Assembly (NCBI GenBank): GCA_964016885.1
Contig: OZ024741.1
Coordinates: 165,602,001-165,666,000 of the forward strand
Source: Eledone cirrhosa
Taxonomy: Eukaryota
Reading direction: 5' to 3'
DNA length: 64,000 nucleotides
Made by a program: the position numbers and the translations under genes. Below are positions 44,568 through 57,520 of this stretch, one piece after another; within the stretch, counting starts at the first letter, position 1; the number at the start of each line of letters is the position of its first letter. Under the pieces are notes generated by a model, which searched no databases, was not told the origin of the DNA, and worked only from the letters and a program-made list of their open reading frames with translations.

Positions 44568-44695
44568 ATGTCTATATTAAATATTGATACTCCGCTATGT
44601 ATTGAGTACCTTACTTACTCTGGTTACCCCCGATTGAACCCAGGATACACACACACACACACACACACACATACATACATACATACATACATATT

Positions 44696-44747
<52 letters not shown>

Positions 44748-44748
<1 letters not shown>

Positions 44749-45396
44749 GAGAAATTAGGTATAAGAGGGATCAGATGCTGTTTACTTGAGAGAAGACGAC
44801 GTTGGTATGGTCACGTGATGTGCATGAAAGACGACAGCTGTAAAAAAAAGTGCAGGGCGATCAAAATTGACGGAAGTTACGGAGTAGGCAGACCCATAAA
44901 AACCTGGGACGACTTGATAAATTCCGACCTTACACACTTACACCTCTCTAAGACAATGTCACTGGACCAAGATCTTTGGAGCTACACAGTAATACAGAAA
45001 ACCCGCCTTGCCTAAGTACAAAGCGAAACCTACAGTCAGTAGGCACCCTCCATCCCACTACACCAACTCCCCCACCCACATCAACACCACTCTTTTCTCT
45101 GTAAAGTTATGTTGGTACCACAACATCCAGTCCTAAATAAATGAGGTAGTGTAGGTGTCACGACAAAAAAAACACACAGTCCACGCTGTAATGTGGTCGT
45201 GTAGGTAACATGGTAAAAACCTCCCAGTCCACACTGTAAACGTGGTTGGTGTTAGGAAGGGCATCCAGCTGTAGAAAACCTGCCAGACAGTCCTATACGA
45301 GCGAGACGACCAATCTTGCCTCAAGTGGAACAATTCCCGTCTAAACCCATGCTAGCGTGGAAGATAGATGTTAAACGATGATGATGATGATGATGA
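44748..45396 (+). mobile_element. RTE 3' fragment (same subfamily as 25703-27951)
   Basis: Matches 27281-27951. Confidence 0.88.
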
Positions 45397-45429
45397 TATA
45401 CATATATATGTGTGTGTCACAGTAATATA

Positions 45430-46028
45430 TGCGAACGGCAAAGCATAAACTAAGCAAAAGAGGAATCAAATGTTGTGTGCAGGAGAGGAGATTGTATTGG
45501 TATGGATATGTGATGTGTATGAAGGATGACAGTTGCATAAAAAGGTGCAGAGCACTAAAAGTCGATGGAAACCTTGGAGTGGGGTAACTCAAGAAGACCT
45601 GGAATGAGGTGATAAAAATTGACCTTGCTCAATTGCACCTCTCAAAGGTGATGACACAGGACCAAGATCTCTGGCGTAATGCAGTAATACAAAAGATCCG
45701 AGTTCCAACGGATACGAGCCGAAGCTGAAGCGTATAGACAACATGCCCCGACGCCTCTCCCACTGTAAAGTGGTCGTGGAGGTGTCACAACAAAAAACAA
45801 CCAGCCCACACTGTAAAGTGGTCGCCACGGAAAAAAAGCACCCAGTATTCACTCTAAATGAGGTTGGTGTTAGGAAGGGAATCCAGTTGTAGAAACCGAG
45901 CCAAAATCAGTCCTATATGAGCAAGACACGGTCATCTGACCTGGCATTGCCCAAAACAGGACAACCCGTCTAACCCATGCTAACGTGGAAACGTTGACGT
46001 AAAACGGTGATGATGATGATGATGATGA
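45430..46028 (+). mobile_element. RTE-A-like 3' fragment
   Basis: Diverged reverse complement of 2102-2712; (GAT)n tail. Confidence 0.85.
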
Positions 46029-46351
46029 TATATATATAAAATTATGATGATGATATATATATAAAATTATGAACAGACATTACAAAAAGGACAGGAAAAG
46101 GTAAATTGATTAAACAAATATTTTCTCCATTTGTTTAGTTCTATTTCATTTTACTTTGCTAGAAATCAATGTTGCTATACAGGAAAAGACTTTTAAAGAA
46201 ATATTTTCGTACCTTTGTATACTTAGAAAACATGTACTGTGCAATTCAATAACCTTTAAAATTCTAGTAAAATATACCAACAAGAAAATAAACTAAACAA
46301 CATGTTACATTTGTGTTATATGTTTTAGGGAAGAACAAAGTTGTGCAAAGC

Positions 46352-46678
<327 letters not shown>

Positions 46679-46701
46679 CAAATATAAATTAGCGAGAATC
46701 G

Positions 46702-46749
<48 letters not shown>

Positions 46750-47425
46750 CGATTCTCGCTAATTTATATTTGCATTAATCTCCAGATTCTAGCTATTGAC
46801 CAGTTAATTTTCTTGATTTTTTTAGTTGATTTTATTGATTGATGAATAGCTTTTGTTAACTTTAAAACCATTCTGTTGAGAACTTAATTCGTTTTGTGAT
46901 ATTATGCATATATATGTATATATATGTACAGCCACCGGAAATAACATCTGTGAAATATACAGCGCCATCTACCTGTTAGCTAGCTACCTCAACGTGAAAC
47001 AAAACAACCCTTAGAAGCTACCAGAATAAACGCCTACACAGCGGCTAAACATCAAACGACTATTTCTGTATAAATAGAGTGGTTCCAAACACTTCAGCAG
47101 TCGACATTTGGCAGAGTCAACTCGCGTATCGTTGTTCCTCGCCTCTGCCACGCTTTGTCACTCACACACGCCTTGTACCTCGTATCGTCGCTTCATGTGA
47201 AAATAATTAGCTGATCGAATTTACATCTAGCCTTGCTTCGTCCTTTCAACTTGTGCTTTTGTCTGTCCATCCTCAACAGTTCTTTTAAGGGCTCTATGCA
47301 ACAACAGTCCTTTTAAGGGCTATCTTCAGATCTGCTCAGACCGTATGCGATAACAGTCCTTCTAAGGGCTATTCTCGGATCTGATCAGAAGTAGTGACCA
47401 GACTGACTAACTACGTCGCTACAAT

Positions 47426-47440
47426 TGGTGACCCAGATGT
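47426..47440 (+). promoter_or_regulatory. Primer binding site, probably tRNA-Trp
   Basis: TGGTGACCCAGATGT two nt after the LTR end; resembles the complement of the tRNA-Trp 3' end (TGGTGACCCCGACGT). Confidence 0.7.
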
Positions 47441-47992
47441 GAGTCGAACACGCAACCAGACAGAACCTAAGAAGATACCAACATGGACATGTCGCAACCA
47501 ACGACAGAGGCCGAGATTTCAGAGCTGCGGCCTGTGATCAGAGAGCGGGTTGATCAAATTAAAGCCCTCTCGAATCAAGTAGAGAACTTCACCTTTCAAA
47601 CACACCGGCGACGCAGCAACAGTTGATCCAGGCCTTTTCACAGTCGAAGATCCAGAAGTCCCAGTCAAAATCATGTGCCTGGCAACCTCTGCTGGTATCA
47701 CTCAAATTTCAGCGCACAGGCATCTAAGTGCAAAGCTCCTTGCTCTTTTCGGAATACCACCCAGGGCCTAGCGACGACGTTCACCCCTAGTACTGAAAAG
47801 AAAAGTCGTCTATTTTTTATTAACGACCAGGTGACAGGCATCCGTTACCTCATGGATACAGGAGCCCAGGTTAGTGTTATTCTTGTTTCACTAATCTCGG
47901 GCAAAAGACACCCAACCCCATCCTTTCTGCAGGCAGTGAACCGATCATCAATTCCGACTTTCGGGTAAAAATCACTGACCCTCAATTTAGGC

Positions 47993-48817
47993 TTGAGGTG
48001 GTGTTATCAATGGGTCTTCGTCGTGGCAGACCTGCCGACCCCTATCCTAGAAGCCGATTTTCTCCACCACTTCAACCTTCTGGTGGATATGAAGAACCGG
48101 AGGCTTATTGACACCACCACAAACTTCACTGTGAGAGGTATATTTACCACACAATCCACAGTGAGCCCTGTAATTTGCCAATCAGAGCCTTCACGGTACA
48201 ACAGCATTTTCCAAAAATACCCAGACATCACTCGCCCGGTATTTAAGGATGGTCCTATTAAGCATAGTGTCACGCACCACATCGAGACAAGGGGACCACC
48301 CACAGCTGCCCGACCAAGGAGACTGCCTACAGACCGATTGAGAATCGCCAAGCAGGAGTTCCAACACATGCTGGACCTCGGAATCATTCGCCCTTCCTCC
48401 AGCAACTGGTCTGCACCCCTACACCTTGTTCCTAAAAAAACCGAGAATGATTGGCGACCATGTGGGGATTATCGTGCACTTAACAATTCTACAGTGCCCG
48501 ATAATTACCCTGTACCTCACCTGCACGATTTTTCTGCCTCTCTGCAAGGCACACGCATCTTTTCCAAGATAGATTTGGTGCGTGCATATAACCAGATACC
48601 TATGGAGCCTGCAGATATTCCGAAGACCGCAATCACAACACCGTTTGGTTTATTCAAATTCCTGCGAATGCCGTTTGGTCTGCGCAACGATGCACAAACT
48701 TTTCAGCGGTTTATTGACACCGTGTTACGCGATCTACCCTTCGTATACGCGTATATTGACGACATGCTGGTAGCAAGTACTTCCGAGCAAGAGCACGAGA
48801 AGCACTTAGATCTCCTT
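47993..48817 (+). pseudogene. Gypsy pol fragment (RT)
   Basis: RT motifs up to YIDD. Upstream in-frame stop after the protease core; truncated by the microsatellite. Confidence 0.85.
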
Positions 48818-48864
48818 TTACATACATATATGTATGTATATATATATATATGTGTATATATATC

Positions 48865-48906
<42 letters not shown>

Positions 48907-49360
48907 TATATTTTTTTGTCCCAAGATTCCTAAACATATTCTACGAAATAATTAAATCTTGAATTGTTATAGGAAAAAGTTTAGAAATGCCAAATTTGAT
49001 ATATTTATTTTTCAATGTTGTTAGAAAAGGAAATAAAAATTGAACAAAGAAATTCAACCATATTTGCCATCAGTTGGTTGTAAATCATAGAATTATATAT
49101 GTGTGTGTGTGTGTGTTTTTATATATAGAAATATATGTACATAAGCATGTGTGTGAATATATATATATATATATAGAGAGAGAGGGGGGGGGGCTGAGAG
49201 AGTGACAGATGGTTCTTTTGGATTTACGAACACAAAGAAAATGTGTTCAATGTAGAGAATATTATATTTATCATATTACTGAAATTTCTCTCTGTTGCTA
49301 CTCTGAGTTTCAGAGATCATAGAACTGGAAATAATTTTACATAGCACAGACTATATAGCA

Positions 49361-49535
49361 AATACAATGGGTGTGACAAATACAATGGGTGTGGCTAATA
49401 TAATGGGTGTGGCTAATTTAATGGGCATGGGTAATATAAAAGGTGTGGCTAATATAATGAGTGTGGCAAATATCATGGATATGACAAATACGTGGCTAAT
49501 GTAATGGGTGTGGCTAATATAATGGGTGTGGCTAA
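49361..49535. repeat. 18-bp minisatellite
   Basis: About 9-10 diverged units of AATATAATGGGTGTGGCT. Confidence 0.9.
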
Positions 49536-50101
49536 CAGTTGATGGATCTCATTGTTTTCCACACGTGTTCCAGTTGTCAATCAATGGACAGCCTGCTCTT
49601 GAAATTAATGTATAGATGGGAAAACATTTCACAGATGCATGAACCCTTAACATAGTTCTTAGGGAGATTCAACATGATACAGTGTGTATAAAGGCTGGCC
49701 CTATGAATTACATGCACAATCTATCCAATAGGCATCCAAGCAGTTTCCATATACCCAATTTTACTTCCATGACATGAGAAATACATTAGAGATGGCCTCT
49801 ACATGTTTCACAGCTGTTTAAATATGTTAATATAAATGCAAACTCTTATGTTTTCTATGTATGAAGATAAGTGAATGTGTCTACATTTGTTTCTTATTCA
49901 CAATGAGGTTCATAAGTTAAAACTATTTATGCCTACATTAAATGTACCTTAGATTTTCTAACATATGCTAAGTTGTACATAAATGCTTATCATATATATA
50001 TATGTGTGTGTCAGTATATATGTATATACACATATACAATCACTGTATATTCCAGAAAATATATATTTTCACTAGCTCTGACAGTTGGCAGGTAAACAGT
50101 A

Positions 50102-50150
50102 TACAGTACTGATGAAGGGTAATCACCCAGAAACATTAGTGTCTGCACTT
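50102..50150 (+). ncRNA. Type I hammerhead ribozyme-like motif
   Basis: GTA-CTGATGA-A-GGGT AATC ACCC-A-GAAA-CATTAGTG-TC^TGC; GUC cleavage triplet. Confidence 0.6.
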
Positions 50151-50316
50151 CTATTTATATGCCAACACAAGAGCAAGAATGACGGGGTCATTCTACTCAC
50201 ATGGCTTAAAGAGGCTGTTTGCATAATTGTAAATGAATCAAATGTTATTATTAATATTAAAAAAACTCAGATTACATTTATTATATTCCACCATGTAGAG
50301 CAATTAAACTATTTGT

Positions 50317-50398
<82 letters not shown>

Positions 50399-50740
50399 AT
50401 TCAAATTAAAAGATATTTGTATACAGCCATATATCATTAGAGAAACATATAGTATTTTGTACATATATATATAAAGCATATAATATTTGGGAAACAGTAT
50501 ATACTTTAAGGTGGAAAAGTTATATTTCTTACAGTTGCCATTTCACAGTTTGTAAACCAGTTCAAAAATCGATCTAAGTAATTGCGTATCAATTACCAAC
50601 TATCAATTTTGGTAGAGCTATGGAAGACGCAAAACTAATCATCAGAGGAATTCGTCTTTGTATAGGTTCCCATAAAGTACAAAAATACAAAATACAAAAA
50701 TACAAAATCTATCGTATTCAGAGAAGTAGTCAATCCATAC

Positions 50741-50841
50741 CTTATGGTGTAATTTGTAACTGTGATGGCAGCTATAAATAGGACTGGACAATGAATCCAC
50801 TAGCAAGAGTTGTGATGTACCAGTCACATTGAGCTTTTCTG
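50741..50841 (-). CDS. Candidate internal exon (EKLNVTGTSQLLLVDSLSSPIYSCHHSYKLHHK)
   Basis: TTTCTCAG| acceptor, AAG|GTATGG donor, one open frame. No recognised homology. Confidence 0.25.
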
Positions 50842-51197
50842 CTGAGAAACATATTCATCATACATACTATATATGTTATGATTCTTTAAATTAGTATATA
50901 TATATAAAACAATGTGTGCGTGTGTGTGTGTGTGCATTGAACAATGAAAATAAAACAAAAGTTGAAGATAGGGTGCTAATTAGCTCATTATTTTATGATA
51001 GTTTCAGCGGGTTGATTGATCATAGTGGATCAATATATCAACTAGCAGGTAATGGTTATGTCGCTTCCTGTTTCTAGTCTCAAAACCCCTGATCTTTTGC
51101 ATCGTCTTCTGCTGAAACCATCTCTTCAAGACCACATTGAGGTCTAACAACGTTATTGGCCCACCATAAACAGGTGGAAACCTATATATATATATAT

Positions 51198-51584
51198 GGA
51201 GGCACATGGCTTAGTGGTTAGAGCATTGGCCTTGCAATCGAAAAGTTGAGAGTTCAATTCTCAGACCGGGTGATGTGTTGTTTCCTTGAGCAAGATACTT
51301 TGTTTCACATTGCTCCTGTTTACTCAGCTGTAGAAATGAGAGGGACGCCAGTCCCTATCATTCCACTGCAAAGTGGTCGTGGAGGTCCCACGGCAAAAAT
51401 TCACCCAGACCACACTGTAAAGTGGACGTGTAGGTGCCACAGAAAAAAAAGCACCCAGCACTCACTGTCAATGAGGTTGGTGTTAGGAAGGGCATCCAGC
51501 TGTAGAAATCAAGCCAGAATCAGTTCCCGTCCCACCCTTGCAAGCAGGGAAAAGCGGACGTAAAATGATGATGATGATGATGAT
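51198..51584 (+). mobile_element. Full RTE-tailed CORE SINE
   Basis: Same head, CORE and tail as 6419-6766, with an extra internal repeat unit. Confidence 0.85.
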
Positions 51585-54124
51585 ATATATAACAAAATAA
51601 GGCTTTCAAATGTTTATTTGTAAACATACCATATATCACAAGATATACAAAATACACATACTTATATGTAAACAGCTATATTAAAGTGAACATCTTAATT
51701 CTTTTTTCAGGTCGAGCTGGCCGACAGCTCCATATGTAAATGAAGCTAATCAGCCCATGTACATAGGCATCGAAACTAAATGTTTTCGCCTATATTGAGC
51801 TCCAGCAGAGAGAAGGGTAGGGGAGCACTGTCTTGATAATGACTAGAGTCAGAAACGATGATTGTCAACAGTTACCTGCCCCTGTTTCTGCTGGTTTTCT
51901 AGATGGCTTTATGTCCATCAGCATCAAAAATTCAAAGCTAAAGGCTTTCAAATGTATATTCATAAACATACTGTGTATCGCTATATATACAATATACACA
52001 TATATATTTATATATTTAAGAAAATGTGTTGTCTATTACAAAGGCCACTACAATACACATAAACTGTAATTTAGTTGAATAAAATGGGGGATAAACCCCC
52101 TTCAGAGAGAAAAATATATAATTAGTGTTTTAGAAACATGAGGAAAATGCACTCAATACTAAAATAGAGAATATTATATATTATTTTCTGTTACTACTTT
52201 GAGTCTTGAAGATTCCTATTGATCACATGTATGTATACCATATATAACACAAGTTAATCAAGTCATAAATGTATAGATATGTACAGTATATGTAGTACAT
52301 ATATACACACATACATTGCAAGTTAGTCAAGTTACAAAATCAATATGCTCAGTAAACAGCAATTATAATTACAAACAGTATGGTGTTGATATAATTAATA
52401 AAATCAATACACCTCCACATCCCATTTCTATCCATAGTAATAATAATAATTTCTCAGACCAGTACAAGACCAGAGATTTATTTGTAAAGGAAGACCTATA
52501 TATAATTGGATCAGAACACAACTACTACTTCTTGTTTTGTATGAAAAGCAAAGTTAATCTAGGTAGGATCTGAACTCAGAACATAGGAAACCAGACCTAA
52601 AACTGTAAAGTATTTACTATTTCAGCCATTCCAATTATTTAATAATAATAGTTTCTAATTTAAGCACAAGGTCAATAATTTTAGTGGGGGGAAAAGTTGA
52701 TTAAATTGACCCCAGTGTATTGTTCTTTATTTTATCGAGCCCAAAAGGATGAAAGGCAAAGCTAACCTCGGCGGGATTTGAACTCAGAGCATAAAAGGAA
52801 CATAACACTATGCCACAAAGCAGGTAGCCCAATGCCCTACCGATATTGCCAACCCAACAATTCTTTAATAGTAAGAGTAATATATTTTTTTTAATATATG
52901 ATATTTTATTCAACAAATTTCAATTAAATTAGGTTTACAATAAGAAAAATGAAATAACGAAAGTTAGAGGAAGAGGGGAAGTTGTGGCAGACTGAACACC
53001 CCAGTATGGACAACAGAACTCAGCTCTGCTCTGTGAAGAAAATAGTAAAAGCATTGCTGCAGAGAACAGCCAGTGACATCCACTGCATCAGCCACTTCAA
53101 CTCCAAGGACTCATTTATCAGGCAATGCACTCCTCCAAATTTTGTGATGGAAAATAGCAGTTCGGAGATTGAGCACACCTGAGGCCTTGACAGTGACCAG
53201 CATATAAAGGAAGCAATCAGTCAAGTCCTGGTTTTTAGAAATGTAATAGTAATAATTGTTTCTTTATTATTGCCTGAATGGTGATGAATTCAGAGAATAT
53301 TACAGGGACAGAATACAACAATGTGGGTTCACATAGAAATCAGATGTAAGAAAACTAAATTGTGATGGTATACATAGTTTGAAGGCAGTGGATTGGCAGT
53401 CATTAGAACATCAGATAGAATGCTTTGGGGTATTTGTATGTATGCATGCATCCATAACTCTTGGTAGAGTCACAGGGGTGCTGTAGTGACATGCAGCATT
53501 TTTCAGGCATTTAAAACTTGGTAGAACCCATCACACACCAAGTTCAAATCCTGCCAATGTTAACTTTGTCTTTCATCATTTTGAGTTCAATAAATCAAGT
53601 ACCAGTCAAATATTGGTGTCAATTCTTCTTCTATATCTTTCTCACTTCTTCTCTTTCACTCCTTCTCCTTCTTGGGAAGAAATCTGCTGTCTTTAGACTT
53701 GGTGCGAGATGGGTTCCACCAGGTTTAAAATGACTGAAAAATGCTGCATATCACTACAGCACCCTGTGACTCTACCAAGAGTTACAGTTGCATAAATGTA
53801 TGCATACATGATGGCTGCAAACTCTTCTAAGAGTATTGCAATTGCTTGTCAGATTATAGAGTTTGGTGCACTTTTAGGCTACCACCAGCCACACGAACCT
53901 GTAACATATCCTGAACAAGCAATGCCTGTGCTTTGAAGGTTTTTTAAGTGAGGAAAGGCCTTGCACTCAACCAATCCCACTCTCTGAGCATCGAAAACAC
54001 TACCCGAAAAGGAGAATTGGTCAACATCATCAGATGTTTCTGAAGCCGCGGGTTTTTTCAGAGTTTCCTCCTAGAAAGGTGTTGTGACAACATCTGGGGG
54101 CCTTTCACTCCCATATATACATAT

Positions 54125-54155
<31 letters not shown>

Positions 54156-55035
54156 CATTATTACATGCATACATACACAATCACATGTACACACACATAC
54201 ATGAATACATATATACACTTTATATTGTATGACATAATCCCCAGAGAGAACAACCACCCCTAGTACTAATCATAGAATACCACATATCCAGGATTACCCA
54301 GACTAACAAGGGCATGTGCCCTCACTCAGCTGTGCTCCCTGGCCCACAGGTGCATGCTGAGAGTAGGCTCATTTATATACCATCCAGCAAATTCACTGAA
54401 GGGCAACATTTCCATCACCATCCTACCATTCTCTCTAAGTAGAATTTGAAACAGGGTATGGCTGAAGATGAACATTTCTGTCATCAGGCTTTTCAATCTT
54501 ATTCATCATACAATTACTCCCACCATAGCAACCAGATAAAATAAAACTGCCAGCACTTCCTAGCTAAAGGAAGGTGGTGGAGCCATCCTTGCAGTGAACA
54601 GCTAGATCTGACCTACATGCAACAACAGCTATGTGATATAACTTTGCAAATCAATGCAGAATAAGTGCATTCAGAACTGTTTTGCTGCCTTGAGCATAAC
54701 ATGGACAGACCTGGATGATGGTGTTACCATGCCTTTAAAGTTTATATTATACTAGCAATGACCCCACAGAAGCACTGAGAGATCAGGGATTGGTAGGTTG
54801 TCTATAGTCTCAAAGTGTGTGTGTATGTACATACACACATACACTTATATATATATGTTAGTCCCAGGTTCAATCAGAGGTAACCACAGTTAGTAAGGTA
54901 CTCAGTAGAGTGTAAACATCAAGTTTAATAATATAGAAATAACTTCTGCAGGACTAGAAATGTTTCATTCAAAAGAAATCATCAGGAAAGTCCTTGAAAC
55001 AGTTCTAGTTCTGTAGAAGCCATATATATATATAT

Positions 55036-55037
<2 letters not shown>

Positions 55038-55114
<77 letters not shown>

Positions 55115-55375
55115 GTTTAACGTCCGTGTTCCACGCTTGCATGGGTTTGGACGGGGGTTTTCCCACTTGAGGCAAGAGTGATTATCTTGCTCGCATAGGA
55201 CTATCTGGCGGGTTTTCTACAGCTGGATGCCCTTCCTAACACCAACCACATTTACAGTGTGGGGCTGGGAGGTTTTTACCGTGTTGCCTACACGGCCACA
55301 TTACAGCGTGAACTGTGTGTTTTTCTGACGTGACACCTACACGATCTCATTTGTTTCGGCCTGGATGTTGTGGCA

Positions 55376-55378
<3 letters not shown>
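55038..55378 (-). mobile_element. RTE-B 3' UTR fragment with expanded (CAT)n tail
   Basis: Matches 10293-10589. Confidence 0.85.
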
Positions 55379-55470
<92 letters not shown>

Positions 55471-55947
55471 GGAATTTGAACTCAGAATAGAAAGGGACAT
55501 AATGAAATACTGTATGGAATTATTTTGTCCAGTATTTTGCCAGTAATTTGGAGTAGGCGAACAGTTGATTATATCAACTCCAGTACTTTATCTTACTGAC
55601 CCCAAAAGGATGAACGTTAAACTTGACCATGGCAGAATTTAAAATCAAAATGTAAAGAAGCACAAGATATTTTTTCCAATGGACTAACAATACTGCCAAT
55701 CCTTTACTAAGAACAAGCCAAAACTTGTTTAATTGTAGTGCTAGATGAAAAGGCTTCCCCTATCAGAAAACACTGAAGGTTGATAATGAAATAGAACACA
55801 GTAACTACAGAATATGTTGAGATGTGGAAGAGACAATTAACCTCATTCTCTCTGGCTAACCAATCCAGTCTTAACCTAAAAGAAATATAACCAAACAGAG
55901 TTGGGATTTACATAAACTGGAAGTTATGTCAATAATACATAACAAGA

Positions 55948-57520
55948 TAATTGTTTCTACTATAGGCACAAGGCGAGCAATTTGAAGGGGGAGGGGGAAG
56001 TCGATTAAATCGACTCCAGTTCATTATTGGTGCTTTATTTTATTGACCCTGTAAGGATGGGAGGCAAAGCTAACCTCAGCAGGATTTGAACTCAGAACGT
56101 GAAGGGCCGAAACTCTATGTTGCGACTCATGCGGCCCGATGCTCTATCGATACTGCCAATCCACCAAATGCCAACATAATAAAGATGGTACAGACATATA
56201 CCAGAAAAGGTGTCATAAAATGACAAGACAATCATACTCTGGAGTATACCAATACACACAGACACAGAGATCAAATTAAACTGACCAGATATTATAGTCT
56301 AAGACGATAAAGAAAAGAAATGCCTTCTAATCAACAAATCAATCCCTGCAGATGGCAATAAATCTATCAAAGAAATGACAAAATTATCCAAGTATAAAGA
56401 TCTGGAGATAGAAATAACTCTAATGTGGATGATGAAAACAGAAACAACCCCTATAATAATAGGTGCTTTGGGAATGATACAAACAGACAGACAGACACAT
56501 AACCAAGACGCCAGGACTTACAAATATCAACAGCACTCAGAAAATAGCACTACTAGACATTGCACACACGTAATTGTTTCTACTTTTGGCACAAGGCCAG
56601 CAATTATCCCAGTGTATTACTGGTACTTTATTTTATCGACCCTGTAAGGATGAAAGGCAAAGTTAACCTCGGCGGGATTTGAACTCAGATCATAAAGGGC
56701 CGTAACTCTTTGCTGCAAAGCATGGCATCCGACCCTCTACCGATACTGGCAATACCCATAATGAAGAGTACTATCAATACTATAGAATCAACACCAATCC
56801 ACCCAAGGCACACACAACTCTGCTTGGCAATGCAGTGACAACTTGCAATAATAATAAGGCAAAATAGTAATAATAATAATGGTTTCTAATTTAGGCACAA
56901 GGCCAGCAATTTGAGGGGGGGGGGGGGAGAGATGATTAAATCAACCCCAGTGTGTTATTGGTACTTTATTTTATCAACCTGTTAAGGATGACAGGCAAAG
57001 CTAACCTCGGCAGGATTTGAAATCAGAACGTAAAGGGACGTAACTATATACCACAAAGCATGTTGTCCGATACTTTACTGACACTGCCAAAATAATAATA
57101 ATAATAATTGTTTCTACTTTTGGCACAAGGCCAGCAATTATCTCAGTGCATTACTGGTACTTTATTTTATCGACCCTGTAAGGACGAAGGGCAAAGCTAA
57201 CCTTGGTGGGATTTGAATGCAAAGGGCCGTAACTCTATGCCGTAAACATGGTGTCCGACGATCTACTAGTATTGCTAATCCACCAATACTACTACTAATA
57301 ATGATTTCTTTATTGGCCACAAGGGCTGACATCAAGAAAAACATTACAGACGGTACAGGACGGTAGAGGACGGTACGATGTGGGTTTTGTGCTACTAATA
57401 ATAATAATTGCTTCTACTTTAGGCACAAGGTCAGCAATTTGAAGGGGGGGGGGGGGGGGTCGATTAAATCAACCCCAGTGCATTACTGGTGCTTTATTTT
57501 ATCGACTCCGTAAGGATGAA
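55948..57520 (-). mobile_element. Cluster of five Meta-like SINE copies, most abutting (TAA)n or TAATTG
   Basis: Copies at ~55948-56165, 56570-56757, 56866-57090, 57100-57285 and 57400-57520. Confidence 0.8.
56175..56857 (+). mobile_element. Degenerate 3' fragment of an R4/Dong-like non-LTR element (restriction-like endonuclease domain), interrupted by a SINE
   Basis: Translates with stops as RWYRHIPEKV..ILWSIPIHTD..PDIIV..CLLI..KLSKYKDLEIEI..PIIIGALG..IALLDIAH. Ends in (TAA)n. Confidence 0.75.

Larger units (their letters stand above)
46925..48817 (+). mobile_element. Ty3/Gypsy LTR retrotransposon 5' fragment (LTR, PBS, deleted gag, protease, RT)
   Basis: LTR TGTA..TACA 46925-47423, PBS TGGTGACCC. 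Gag knuckle CWYH..KC..PC, protease [36 protein letters not shown]. Ends at a TA tract. Confidence 0.92.

Noticed and set aside
52982-54110. GC-richer segments that look coding
   Set aside because: The frames I read contain stops and no motif was recognised; likely decayed repeat sequence.
54455-54495. Minus-strand CTGATGA-CA-GAAA as a hammerhead
   Set aside because: No stem II and no stem I pairing.
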